Of a DNA stretch of 36,344 nt, positions 26,496 to 33,477 are shown piece by piece (the first letter of the stretch is position 1; each line of letters begins with the position of its first letter). Source of the DNA: a virus (taxonomy: Duplodnaviria; Heunggongvirae; Uroviricota; Caudoviricetes); IMG/VR virus record IMGVR_UViG_2541047905_000018. One strand, 5' to 3'. The translations under genes were made by a program, and so were the position numbers. The notes beneath the pieces were generated by a model. The model saw nothing but the letters and a program-made list of their open reading frames with translations. It was not told the DNA's origin and ran no database searches.

Positions 26496-27491
26496 TCAGG
26501 CCAGCACGCCAATTGCCAGCGCACGATCGATAAAACGAAATATCAGCTCCAGCTGGGAGCCATACTTCTCTTCAAATGCCACGGTATCCGCATGCAGCTC
26601 GTCGTGATGCTTTCTGCACAAAGGCAACACAAAGAGGTCATGCGCTTTTGTACCCATTCCCCCCTGACCGTGGCCTATCAGGTGGTGGGGATCATCAGCT
26701 GGCTTTCCACAACATGCACACGGCTGTGTCTTAACCCAGCGCGTGTACTTTTCATTAACCCAGCGGCGACGTTTTGGGCGTAACATAAAAGACTCCGGCG
26801 ACTCCGGATCCACTTTCAGCGCCAGCACCTTTTTCGCTTTATCCTGGATAATGCTGGTGGCAGGAACCGAAGGAACAAGGTCACTCTCCCGGGTGACAGA
26901 CGGCACAACAGGCTTCGGTAATCTCAGTGCCTTACGGGCTGCACTTTCCGGTAAGGCATCCGCCAGGTCATTACGAATCAGCCACCAGCACAGTTCCGGC
27001 ATTGTCACAACGTGACTGTCATCAAAACCGAGATCACGGCGCACAACAGATAACACCCAGCGGGCACAGTTATCCGTTGCCATTGATTCCAGCCGTTCCG
27101 TGAACTGATCGCGCAACTGGTTATCGCAGTGCCAGCACAGACGGATTGCGCCCGGAGCGTGCCGCATTGTGGTCATGTTCTCGCTGTGCCAGTCGGAATG
27201 AGGCCACTGGCAGCCTTTTTCACGAAGTAACCAGCTTTCAAGACATTCCACGCCACCAGCACGACGGATCACTGCCTCATTGCGGAACACGGCCCGAACG
27301 GCAGGATCATCCGCCAGCGGTTGTGATGCCGCCGGAACGGCACCACTGGCGAAAGATGAATAACGCTCCGGCTCAGGCTCCAGCAGGACACGCCCCTGCA
27401 TAAACAGGGGCATCAGCTCTGAACCTGGCCTGAACAATACGATCCCCATACGCGGGGCAATTTCAGGGGTCAGTAGTGCTCTCACAGTCAC
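26496..27491 (-). CDS. DUF968-family protein with a C-terminal HNH/Zn-like motif
   Basis: 331 aa. The C-terminus CACCGKPADDPHHLIGHGQGGMGTKAHDLFVLPLCRKHHDELH is typical of the DUF968 proteins found upstream of Q in lambdoid prophages. The start (GTG at 27491 or 27485) is uncertain. Confidence 0.75.
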   Translation of the reverse strand: MTVRALLTPEIAPRMGIVLFRPGSELMPLFMQGRVLLEPEPERYSSFASGAVPAASQPLADDPAVRAVFRNEAVIRRAGGVECLESWLLREKGCQWPHSDWHSENMTTMRHAPGAIRLCWHCDNQLRDQFTERLESMATDNCARWVLSVVRRDLGFDDSHVVTMPELCWWLIRNDLADALPESAARKALRLPKPVVPSVTRESDLVPSVPATSIIQDKAKKVLALKVDPESPESFMLRPKRRRWVNEKYTRWVKTQPCACCGKPADDPHHLIGHGQGGMGTKAHDLFVLPLCRKHHDELHADTVAFEEKYGSQLELIFRFIDRALAIGVLA

Positions 27492-27492
27492 C

Positions 27493-28335
27493 TCAATGAA
27501 CGGTATCGAGCAGCTTTAACAGCTCAGGAAATCGGGATTCGAAGAAATGCGGCTGCGTCTCGCGCGGATTTGCAGGACTGGTGATGTTCTTGCCGAACAT
27601 GCAGCCTTTCGCCGTCAGCGACCAGAATTTTTTGATGTTGTTAATCGCGGTACGGCTGTATCGTTCGCGTTGTTCAACGATCCCCAGCTTCACCATCTGG
27701 TGATATGCCTGATTAGCCGTCAGGCGGATACCATACTGTTTCAGCAGTGCACTCAGCGACAGCGTGGGGCGACTTGAGCCATCAGGCGCGTCAGCAGGAG
27801 CATCAATGGCATAGCGCGGTGCCAGATTCGGTAAGCCAACAGCCTCCTGAAGCTTCTGACAGGCTCCAAGCACTGATGAGTTAGACAGGTTTAATTCCCG
27901 GCGCATAAAGTCCAGCAGGATCACGCCAGCCTGCATCTTGTCAGCAGCCTGCCCGGATAATTTTTCCGGTGTGCTGGTTACCATATCGAAAGTACGGATC
28001 ACCTTCAGATGGAATGACGGGCTGATCCACATTGCATAGGCATACACCAGTTCATTGCAGACATACGTTCCTCCATTCCGCCCTTCTATTTTACTTACTG
28101 GTTTACTACCCAAATTTTGGGTAGTTTCATTGAATGAACCGACACCCAAATTTTGGGTATCGATCAATTCCTGAACCAGCTCAGTAATCTGTTGGCTGGA
28201 AAGAAACTTTCCCGGCTCCTTAGTTCTGGCATTTGCACCAGATGCAACAGCAGCCCGATGCAGATCGTTCAGGCTGTAACGCCCATAAGCATCACGACGA
28301 ACTTCAATACCATCAATGACCATCAGATTATTCAT
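27493..28335 (-). CDS. KilA-N domain protein (Roi / antirepressor-like)
   Basis: I set the start at the ATG at 28335 (MNNLMVIDGIEVRRDAYGRYSLNDLHRA...GGTYVCNELVYAYAMWISPSFHLKV), which is KilA-N. AGAGGAGAAA is the SD. Confidence 0.8.
   Translation of the reverse strand: MNNLMVIDGIEVRRDAYGRYSLNDLHRAAVASGANARTKEPGKFLSSQQITELVQELIDTQNLGVGSFNETTQNLGSKPVSKIEGRNGGTYVCNELVYAYAMWISPSFHLKVIRTFDMVTSTPEKLSGQAADKMQAGVILLDFMRRELNLSNSSVLGACQKLQEAVGLPNLAPRYAIDAPADAPDGSSRPTLSLSALLKQYGIRLTANQAYHQMVKLGIVEQRERYSRTAINNIKKFWSLTAKGCMFGKNITSPANPRETQPHFFESRFPELLKLLDTVH
28106..28158. repeat. two copies of the palindrome ACCCAAA-T-TTTGGGT, 38 bp apart, inside the KilA-N/Roi-like gene
   Basis: CTACCCAAATTTTGGGTAG at 28106-28124 (9-bp arms) and ACCCAAATTTTGGGT at 28144-28158. 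They encode the repeated peptide TQNLG. Confidence 0.75.
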
Positions 28336-28354
28336 ACTTCGTTTCTCCTCTTGA

Positions 28355-28744
28355 TCAGGCGGCTGCACCCGCCGTTTTCTCGTACTTACTGATAGTGATC
28401 TCGACCTTCCCTTCCGGGATAACCGGTCCCCACTCCACCAGCATTCTTTTCACCTGGCTGTCGTCTTCCCACACACCCGCGTGGGTCAGGGCGTCAAACA
28501 GCGCCTTGTTATAGTTGTCCAGATCGCGGATCCGGTTATCCGGAGGAAACAACACGATCTCCACTGAAGCAGGTGCCGACGTTGGTTTCGGCAGACGACG
28601 TAACTGCTCAACTATTGCTGTGCACGCCGCACTCTGGAATTTTCGCCCCGCCGCGCTTATCAGGCTCTTACCAGCAAATGCCCCTTTGTTGGGGTGTCGC
28701 CAGTAGGTGTTCACGCTGGGTGGAAAAGGCAGAATCAGCTTCAT
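28355..28744 (-). CDS. rusA: RusA Holliday-junction resolvase
   Basis: 129 aa. ...RDLDNYNKALFDALTHAGVWEDDSQV... matches the RusA core motif. Confidence 0.9.
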   Translation of the reverse strand: MKLILPFPPSVNTYWRHPNKGAFAGKSLISAAGRKFQSAACTAIVEQLRRLPKPTSAPASVEIVLFPPDNRIRDLDNYNKALFDALTHAGVWEDDSQVKRMLVEWGPVIPEGKVEITISKYEKTAGAAA

Positions 28745-29067
28745 ACTTTCAGCCCCCTCTCATGTAACCAGTGGGCTGCACGCAGCCTGGCGTTTTCCTC
28801 ACCAGCAAGCAGTGCGCGGATAATCCCGGCCACCTCGCTGTCGTCGTCCTTCACCGCGGTATGAAGCGTGATGCCCCGGGCCACGCCACGCTTTATCGTG
28901 ATGACGCCTTTTTTCTCCAGTGCGCGAAGATGCTCCACCGCTGCATTCACTGAACGGTATCCCAGCATGGTAGCCACCTCCTGATTGGTTGGCGGGAAGC
29001 CACGTTCTTTCTGGTAAGAAATCAGCATATCCAGCACCTGCTGCTGGCATTGAGTTAACGTCGTCAT
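28741..29067 (-). CDS. LexA DNA-binding-domain-only protein (no S24 peptidase domain)
   Basis: MTTLTQCQQQVLDMLISYQKERGFPPTNQEVATMLGYRSVNAAVEHLRALEKKGVITIKRGVARGITL aligns by eye with LexA residues 1-69. The remaining ~40 aa are unrelated and lack the Ser/Lys dyad. Start and stop are coupled to neighbours (TAATG and ATGA). Confidence 0.8.
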   Translation of the reverse strand: MTTLTQCQQQVLDMLISYQKERGFPPTNQEVATMLGYRSVNAAVEHLRALEKKGVITIKRGVARGITLHTAVKDDDSEVAGIIRALLAGEENARLRAAHWLHERGLKV

Positions 29068-29555
29068 TAAGCCCCCACGTAATTCCCTGACAGATACCAC
29101 TCTTCACCCGATACAGCGCGCTTGCTGCTTTTCCGTAAACACCGCTCACGACGCGCAAGAAAATTGTTTCGCTCTTGCTGGGAGTGGCTTTCACGGAATG
29201 CCGCCATCCACACCGTTGCAGCACGACGGTATAAGCCCCTGGACTCCAGTTCTTCAGCCTGACGGGTCAGGCACAAAATCACCCAGGGGTCGTTAGTGCC
29301 GACATAGAAATTGCTCACAGGTATGGTTTCAAGAACAGGTTGCAGTTTCTCCTCCTGCGATATCTCAGCCTGGTGTGGGAAATGTCTGCGTGTTTTCCCT
29401 TCACAACGGTGAGCCACACGCCCACTCTGACGTAACTTGCTTGCTGACTGCAGTACGCGCTGCCGTGAGTAACCTGCAAAAGCATCCGCAATGTCTCCGG
29501 AAGTACAGCCCGGATGGGCTTCAATGAATTTCTGAACTTCATTCAAAAGACTCAT
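29067..29555 (-). CDS. PerC/Pch-like regulator (wHTH-like N-terminus plus PerC-type C-terminal motif)
   Basis: The C-terminal segment LESRGLYRRAATVWMAAFRESHSQQERNNFLARRERCL resembles the PerC/PchA motif (..GLWRRAATRWL....R..W....R..C). I chose the ATG at 29555, after AGGGGG. Confidence 0.55.
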   Translation of the reverse strand: MSLLNEVQKFIEAHPGCTSGDIADAFAGYSRQRVLQSASKLRQSGRVAHRCEGKTRRHFPHQAEISQEEKLQPVLETIPVSNFYVGTNDPWVILCLTRQAEELESRGLYRRAATVWMAAFRESHSQQERNNFLARRERCLRKSSKRAVSGEEWYLSGNYVGA

Positions 29556-29557
29556 GA

Positions 29558-30499
29558 TCACCCCCTGAATCCTTCCGGGATCTGGCTGTAGTCCACGTTG
29601 TCGTAACTGGCTTTGAAGTACGGGTCCTCACGTTTTTCTGTGTGCGTGCTGACGGACGGCGATAAGCGCAGGGAAAGCTCATCCCATTTTTCCCGCAACT
29701 TCGACGGGCTGAGCACGTTACGGCACCAGAACGGATCACGGCTGACGCGGCTGTACATCTCGCAGATTTGTTTGTGAGTACGACCATCCTGCACACACAT
29801 CAGGCGAATTTCGTTTGCCCATGCTGTCCAGTTCGGTTCTTTGGGACGAACCACCTCGCCGTCACATTCGGCGGCCTGCTCGTACAGGGCGATGATTTTT
29901 TTCCAGAGCCACTGTGCGCAGGTCAAATCATCCTGCGTTCCCCACTGGCGCTTTTTAGGGCTGAATACAACCGCATCAGGATGGCGAGTTAAAAAATCCT
30001 GTTCAGCCGTCTGCGTGTCCGGTTGCAAAGCGTCCGGACGAGAAGGTTTTTTATCTGACGGATCATGTTTTGATTTTACTGACGGATCCCCGCCAGATTC
30101 TGACGGGTGAAAACACGCTTTTTTGCCAGATTTCGACGCATCAAATTTTGACGGGTCAGATTTTGATGCGTCAGATTTTGACGGGTCAGAATCTGACAGT
30201 TGAGAAAATGCCGCAGCCTGAAGCTTCGCAACGTTAAGCTGATAAACATTCGACGCATTGCGGTTACCCTGGCGACGCGCCTTACGCGTTAACCAGCCTT
30301 CTGCTTCCAGCCGTGCGATAGCCGTTCTGACGGTACTCATCCCCGCGCCAATCTGGCGGGCAATGGTTTCAATTGATGGCCAGCACACACCCTCGTCATT
30401 ACTGAAATCAGCCAGACGGGCCATAATTGCCACACTGGATAATTTCATGCCTGACGCTGCGCAACCATCCCATACATAGCCGGTTAATTTGGTGCTCAC
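29558..30499 (-). CDS. replication initiator (HTH N-terminal domain, iterons inside the gene)
   Basis: 313 aa with an N-terminal wHTH (VCWPSIETIARQIGAGMSTVRTAIARLEAEGWL). The central PSKSD/ASKSD repeats are encoded by the iterons. Position is equivalent to lambda O. Confidence 0.8.
   Translation of the reverse strand: MSTKLTGYVWDGCAASGMKLSSVAIMARLADFSNDEGVCWPSIETIARQIGAGMSTVRTAIARLEAEGWLTRKARRQGNRNASNVYQLNVAKLQAAAFSQLSDSDPSKSDASKSDPSKFDASKSGKKACFHPSESGGDPSVKSKHDPSDKKPSRPDALQPDTQTAEQDFLTRHPDAVVFSPKKRQWGTQDDLTCAQWLWKKIIALYEQAAECDGEVVRPKEPNWTAWANEIRLMCVQDGRTHKQICEMYSRVSRDPFWCRNVLSPSKLREKWDELSLRLSPSVSTHTEKREDPYFKASYDNVDYSQIPEGFRG
30064..30200. repeat. origin-like iteron array (15-bp repeats, consensus TCAGATTTTGACGGG)
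   Basis: Five contiguous 15-mers at 30126-30200 (CCAGATTTCGACGCA, TCAAATTTTGACGGG, TCAGATTTTGATGCG, TCAGATTTTGACGGG, TCAGAATCTGACAGT). Degenerate copies lie near 30093 and 30071. Confidence 0.8.
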
Positions 30500-31053
30500 T
30501 TACGCACCTCCTTATGCTTTTCGTTCAGTTCCGAGTCCACCAGCCCGGCAACGAATACACCATCGTTGATGTAGTCGTAGAGCGATGAAGCCAGCGGAGA
30601 CTGAACTGAAACCAGCATCGGATAAAGTTGTTCTAACCAAACGCGGTGAATTTCAGCCATGTAGAGGTAAACAACGTGGGCATTGTGCGCGACACATGAA
30701 GTATCAACCTTTCCGATCAGCGCCTGTTCCATCTGGTTAAAGGCATTGATGTATGCCTCTTTGAACTGGGCAGCACGTTTACCCGTGAAACCCATAGCAA
30801 GAAACGCAAAGCCATCGCGGGTTATTTGATAGCAAGGTAGTTTGCGAGTACCGCCGTTGGGCTGGCGTACCAAAATTGATGTCTCCGCAAAATTGCGGGC
30901 ACAAAACTCTGGAGAACAATCCAAAATGCGAATCTTTTTCAGAACATCGTCATGACGTTTAGAGAAGAAGTCAGCAACAGCCAAAGAAGATGTAACAGCC
31001 TGACCATCAACGATGGCAATTTCAGGTTGAGAGAGGGTTGGGAGAGTAGTCAT
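30496..31053 (-). CDS. Rha-family phage regulatory protein
   Basis: From the ATG at 31053: MTTLPTLSQPEIAIVDGQAVTSSLAVADFFSKRHDDVLKKIRIL..., a typical Rha domain. The supplied ORF extends to 31353, but that extension contains terminator hairpins (see the leader feature at 31054-31330). Confidence 0.7.
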   Translation of the reverse strand: MTTLPTLSQPEIAIVDGQAVTSSLAVADFFSKRHDDVLKKIRILDCSPEFCARNFAETSILVRQPNGGTRKLPCYQITRDGFAFLAMGFTGKRAAQFKEAYINAFNQMEQALIGKVDTSCVAHNAHVVYLYMAEIHRVWLEQLYPMLVSVQSPLASSLYDYINDGVFVAGLVDSELNEKHKEVRK

Positions 31054-31330
31054 AGTGACAGCCCCGGTAGTCAGTTTTTTAGAAAACTCACCACATGGGA
31101 CGCCAATCACAGAGGTGGTGAGACGTACAGGGTTGGCGTTACCGGAGACTACCGAACCCGGCCCGACCGAAGTCGGCCCTGTACGCCCCACCATAATTTG
31201 GGCGTAGCAATGCTCATGACACGAAAAAACCGCATGAGCGCGGTTATGCTCAGTAATCAATTTCAGGACGCCAATCCCGGCAACGGATTTTGCCGCTGCC
31301 AGAACAATATAACGCCCAGAATTATCAGAA
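31054..31330 (-). promoter_or_regulatory. highly structured leader with intrinsic terminators upstream of rha and the replication gene (tR1-like region)
   Basis: On the minus strand: AACCGC-gctcat-GCGGTT followed by T6 (31224-31245); TACGCCC...GGGCGTA; a 9-bp stem CGTACAGGG/CCCTGTACG enclosing CCGAC-UUCG-GUCGG; and CTCACCAC...GTGGTGAG followed by TTTTCT (31081-31122). Confidence 0.55.
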
Positions 31331-31522
31331 TCAATCATTACTGGTTTGCTCATGATCGTCCCTTATCTCCCTGAACTTTTGCCTGAAATGCTCAAGCGGG
31401 CTGAAGCATTCATGTTCATAGCCTTCACGGAGGTAGATAACCCGTTGTGTTTCCGGCTCCCAACGAATGACTCTGACGGGCACTCCGTAGTGATCTTTGA
31501 ACCAGCGGTTAACTTGTCGCAA
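31331..31522 (-). CDS. DUF4222-like small protein
   Basis: ...[44 protein letters not shown] fits my recollection of DUF4222. The likely start is the TTG at 31522, with AAGGAG 8 nt upstream. The supplied ORF begins at a GTG at 31564. Confidence 0.5.
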   Translation of the reverse strand: MRQVNRWFKDHYGVPVRVIRWEPETQRVIYLREGYEHECFSPLEHFRQKFREIRDDHEQTSND

Positions 31523-31701
31523 AGGACTGTCTCCTTCTGCCGGTTGAAATCCCCCACAGCCCACTCTGCAAAGCAGTGGGTTACAATTTCCCTGTCACCT
31601 GGTACATTCACTGCATAGCAATACTCCACCTTCGCTTTTCCACCCGGTACAGGAAGCGCAATCAGTTGCGAGCGACGGTAGTGTGTTGTTAAACTGTTCA
31701 T
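31363..31701 (-). CDS. hypothetical protein, start-coupled to the CII-like gene; its 3' half overlaps the DUF4222 gene out of frame
   Basis: The ATG at 31701 overlaps the upstream stop (ATGA). The N-terminal ~55 aa look protein-like and the remainder looks like out-of-frame read-through. Confidence 0.35.
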   Translation of the reverse strand: MNSLTTHYRRSQLIALPVPGGKAKVEYCYAVNVPGDREIVTHCFAEWAVGDFNRQKETVLCDKLTAGSKITTECPSESFVGSRKHNGLSTSVKAMNMNASARLSISGKSSGR

Positions 31702-32339
31702 GCGTTAGTTTCTCCACAACCAGAAGCAATCGACGCCACGACGCCCGGAGCTGCACACTCGCGGGCGTTACTCTTTTCCGGCGCACAAAAAACACGAAAT
31801 AACAGTGTTAAATGCTCCTGCCACTTCGCCATTACTTGGTAGCTGTTCTCTTCGATTTGCTCACGCTCAGCTTGGTCAATAACTCCATCAGCAGTTGCCT
31901 TGCGTAAGTACTGGGAATGCTTGCCAATCCATTCTATTGACTCCATCAGCCGCTGATTAATGTCACCATTGTCAATGTCATCAATGACCACCAGCGGCAC
32001 AAACACCCCATTACTACGACGGGCTATTGCATCCGTTACATGCCTGGTACCACTGGCATCCTGTAAAACCATGGCCCACTCAAGTGGAAAAATTTGATCC
32101 CCACCGCTACGCAGTCTGTTATGCAATTGATCTTTTGCTGGGGTGATATCATCAGATTTATACAAACCAAGAATTTCTGCTGCTTCCTCATAGCCATGAG
32201 GTAAATCAGCAATCGTTCTTCGTATTGCTGCCACCAGCCATGCTGGTTGCTTATCAACTTTCCATTCAGGTTCTTTACCCACGTTTAAGCCCTCATATCT
32301 GTGGTTTCTGTAAATCGATTTATCCATTAGATTTTTCAT
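31698..32339 (-). CDS. CII-like (CP76-type) regulatory protein, in the YdaT/CII position
   Basis: It directly follows the Cro-like gene. Its general pattern (..YEEAAEILG.....L.NRL.....[14 protein letters not shown]..) resembles the phage regulatory CII (CP76) family as I remember it. The start is uncertain (32339 or 32327). Confidence 0.45.
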   Translation of the reverse strand: MKNLMDKSIYRNHRYEGLNVGKEPEWKVDKQPAWLVAAIRRTIADLPHGYEEAAEILGLYKSDDITPAKDQLHNRLRSGGDQIFPLEWAMVLQDASGTRHVTDAIARRSNGVFVPLVVIDDIDNGDINQRLMESIEWIGKHSQYLRKATADGVIDQAEREQIEENSYQVMAKWQEHLTLLFRVFCAPEKSNARECAAPGVVASIASGCGETNA

Positions 32340-32520
32340 AAAGCTCAGGTTTAAATGGCAACCGTCCGCAAGTTCTATATGCAGCCTCTGCTGCACGTCC
32401 TTTTGGAATTAACTGGCCAGGACGGTTTCGCCACTGATAAACGGCTTCAGTTGTTATGCCGAAAAAAGCAGCAACTTTCTCAATGCTGCCGAAGTAGCTT
32501 TCGATATCGTCAGTCGTCAT
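32320..32520 (-). CDS. Cro-like repressor of the DicC/P22-Cro type
   Basis: 66 aa. ..YFGSIEKVAAFFGITTEAVYQWRNRPGQLIPKGRAAE.. parallels DicC (YFGSKTKLAQAAGIRLASLYSWKGDLVPEGRAMR). GGAGGG is the SD. It is divergent from the CI gene. Confidence 0.8.
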   Translation of the reverse strand: MTTDDIESYFGSIEKVAAFFGITTEAVYQWRNRPGQLIPKGRAAEAAYRTCGRLPFKPELYEKSNG

Positions 32521-32531
32521 ATGCCCTCCAA

Positions 32532-32596
32532 ACTAAGTTTTATTAGATGTTAATTATCAATCTATCTTAGGTCAATAAAAACTAAGATTACTTAGT
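32532..32596. promoter_or_regulatory. three-site operator (OR-like), half-sites ACTAAG/CTTAGT
   Basis: The sites are ACTAAGTTTTATTAGA (32532-47), ATCAATCTATCTTAGG (32556-71) and the perfect palindrome ACTAAGATTACTTAGT (32581-96). Centre-to-centre spacing is 24 and 25 bp. Confidence 0.6.
32547..32575 (-). promoter_or_regulatory. candidate pR (TTGACC-17 nt-TAACAT) driving the cro-like gene
   Basis: The minus strand has TTGACC (plus-strand 32570-75) and TAACAT (32547-52). It overlaps operator sites 1 and 2. Confidence 0.5.
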
Positions 32597-32617
32597 AATT
32601 AAAGAAATGGTGCTCCT

Positions 32618-33244
32618 ATGGAAACGGTTGGTCAGCGTATAAAAGCTCTGAGAAGAGTTACCAGAACGTCCCAGAAAGAATTGGGTAAATTTTGTGGAGT
32701 AAGTGACGTTGCTGTGGGGTACTGGGAGAAAGACATCAATGTCCCTGGTGGGGAAGCACTTTCAAAATTAGCGAAGTTCTTCAATACGTCAATAGATTAC
32801 ATTCTTTATGGTGCGGAGTTTGAAGGCAAACTCGTCACAAACATGCGCAGAGTTCCTGTAATCTCGTGGGTTCAGGCTGGGCAGTTTACTGAGTGCAGGA
32901 CAGCAGAAGTGTTTAGTGAAGTAGACAAGTGGGTAGATACATCATTAAAGATTGGTGATAACTCATTTGCATTGGAGGTTAAAGGCGACTCCATGACTAA
33001 CCCTAACGGCCTCCCAACAATACCAGAAGGCGCAACAGTGATTGTAGATCCTGATGCAGAACCCCGGCATGGAAAAATAGTCATCGCTAGACTTGATGGA
33101 ACAAACGAAGCCACAGTAAAAAAATTAGTTATCGATGGCCCTCAAAAGTTTTTAGTGCCATTAAATCCCCGGTACCCCAACATCCCGATCAATGGTAATT
33201 GCCTCATCATTGGTGTAGTCAAAGGAGTTCAATACGAACTCTAG
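32618..33244 (+). CDS. cI: CI-type repressor (XRE HTH plus S24 LexA-like peptidase domain)
   Basis: 208 aa. N-terminal HTH (QKELGKFCGVSDVAVGYWEKD) and C-terminal S24 domain (VKGDSMTNP...ATVKKL Ser/Lys dyad). Confidence 0.9.
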   Translation: METVGQRIKALRRVTRTSQKELGKFCGVSDVAVGYWEKDINVPGGEALSKLAKFFNTSIDYILYGAEFEGKLVTNMRRVPVISWVQAGQFTECRTAEVFSEVDKWVDTSLKIGDNSFALEVKGDSMTNPNGLPTIPEGATVIVDPDAEPRHGKIVIARLDGTNEATVKKLVIDGPQKFLVPLNPRYPNIPINGNCLIIGVVKGVQYEL

Positions 33245-33266
33245 CCCCCCTTTTCTCTAACCAAAA

Positions 33267-33299
33267 CACCGAACTAAGAAAAGTTTGGTGTTTTCTCTT
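33267..33299 (+). terminator. rho-independent terminator after cI
   Basis: CACCGAAC-taagaaaa-GTTTGGTG (one G-U pair) followed by TTTTCTCTT. Confidence 0.5.
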
Positions 33300-33326
33300 G
33301 CCATCAAAACTAAGTTAAGTTAGATT
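33298..33326 (+). promoter_or_regulatory. candidate pL (TTGCCA-17 nt-TAGATT) with an OL-like operator in the spacer
   Basis: The operator-like ACTAAGTTAAGTTAGA at 33309-33324 lies between the -35 and -10 elements. It shares its half-site with the OR sites. Confidence 0.55.
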
Positions 33327-33409
33327 TTATATCAAAGATAACGAACAGGCAGGACGCCCACGAAGTAGCCGCCCGGGGCATATGAAGTCCAGGATGATTC
33401 GTTAGCAAC

Positions 33410-33432
33410 AAAAAAGCGCCCTACAGGACGCT
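33410..33432 (-). terminator. minus-strand terminator beyond the 5' end of the 97-aa gene (would end the A2 transcript)
   Basis: The minus strand reads AGCGTCC-tgtag-GGCGCT (one bulged base) followed by T6. Confidence 0.5.
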
Positions 33433-33477
33433 TAGCTCTTTAACAATCTTGGTATCCCCGTAACAAAAGAGGGTTCT

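Noticed and set aside
30126-30200. Tandem 15-bp repeats considered as a possible CRISPR or minisatellite
   Set aside because: There are no unique spacers, and the repeats are contiguous and in frame inside the initiator gene. I interpret them as replication iterons.
31054-31353. N-terminal 100 codons of the 285-aa ORF as part of Rha
   Set aside because: The segment contains a canonical intrinsic terminator and several strong hairpins, including a UUCG tetraloop. The Rha homology begins only at the internal ATG at 31053. I kept it as a finding rather than as coding sequence.
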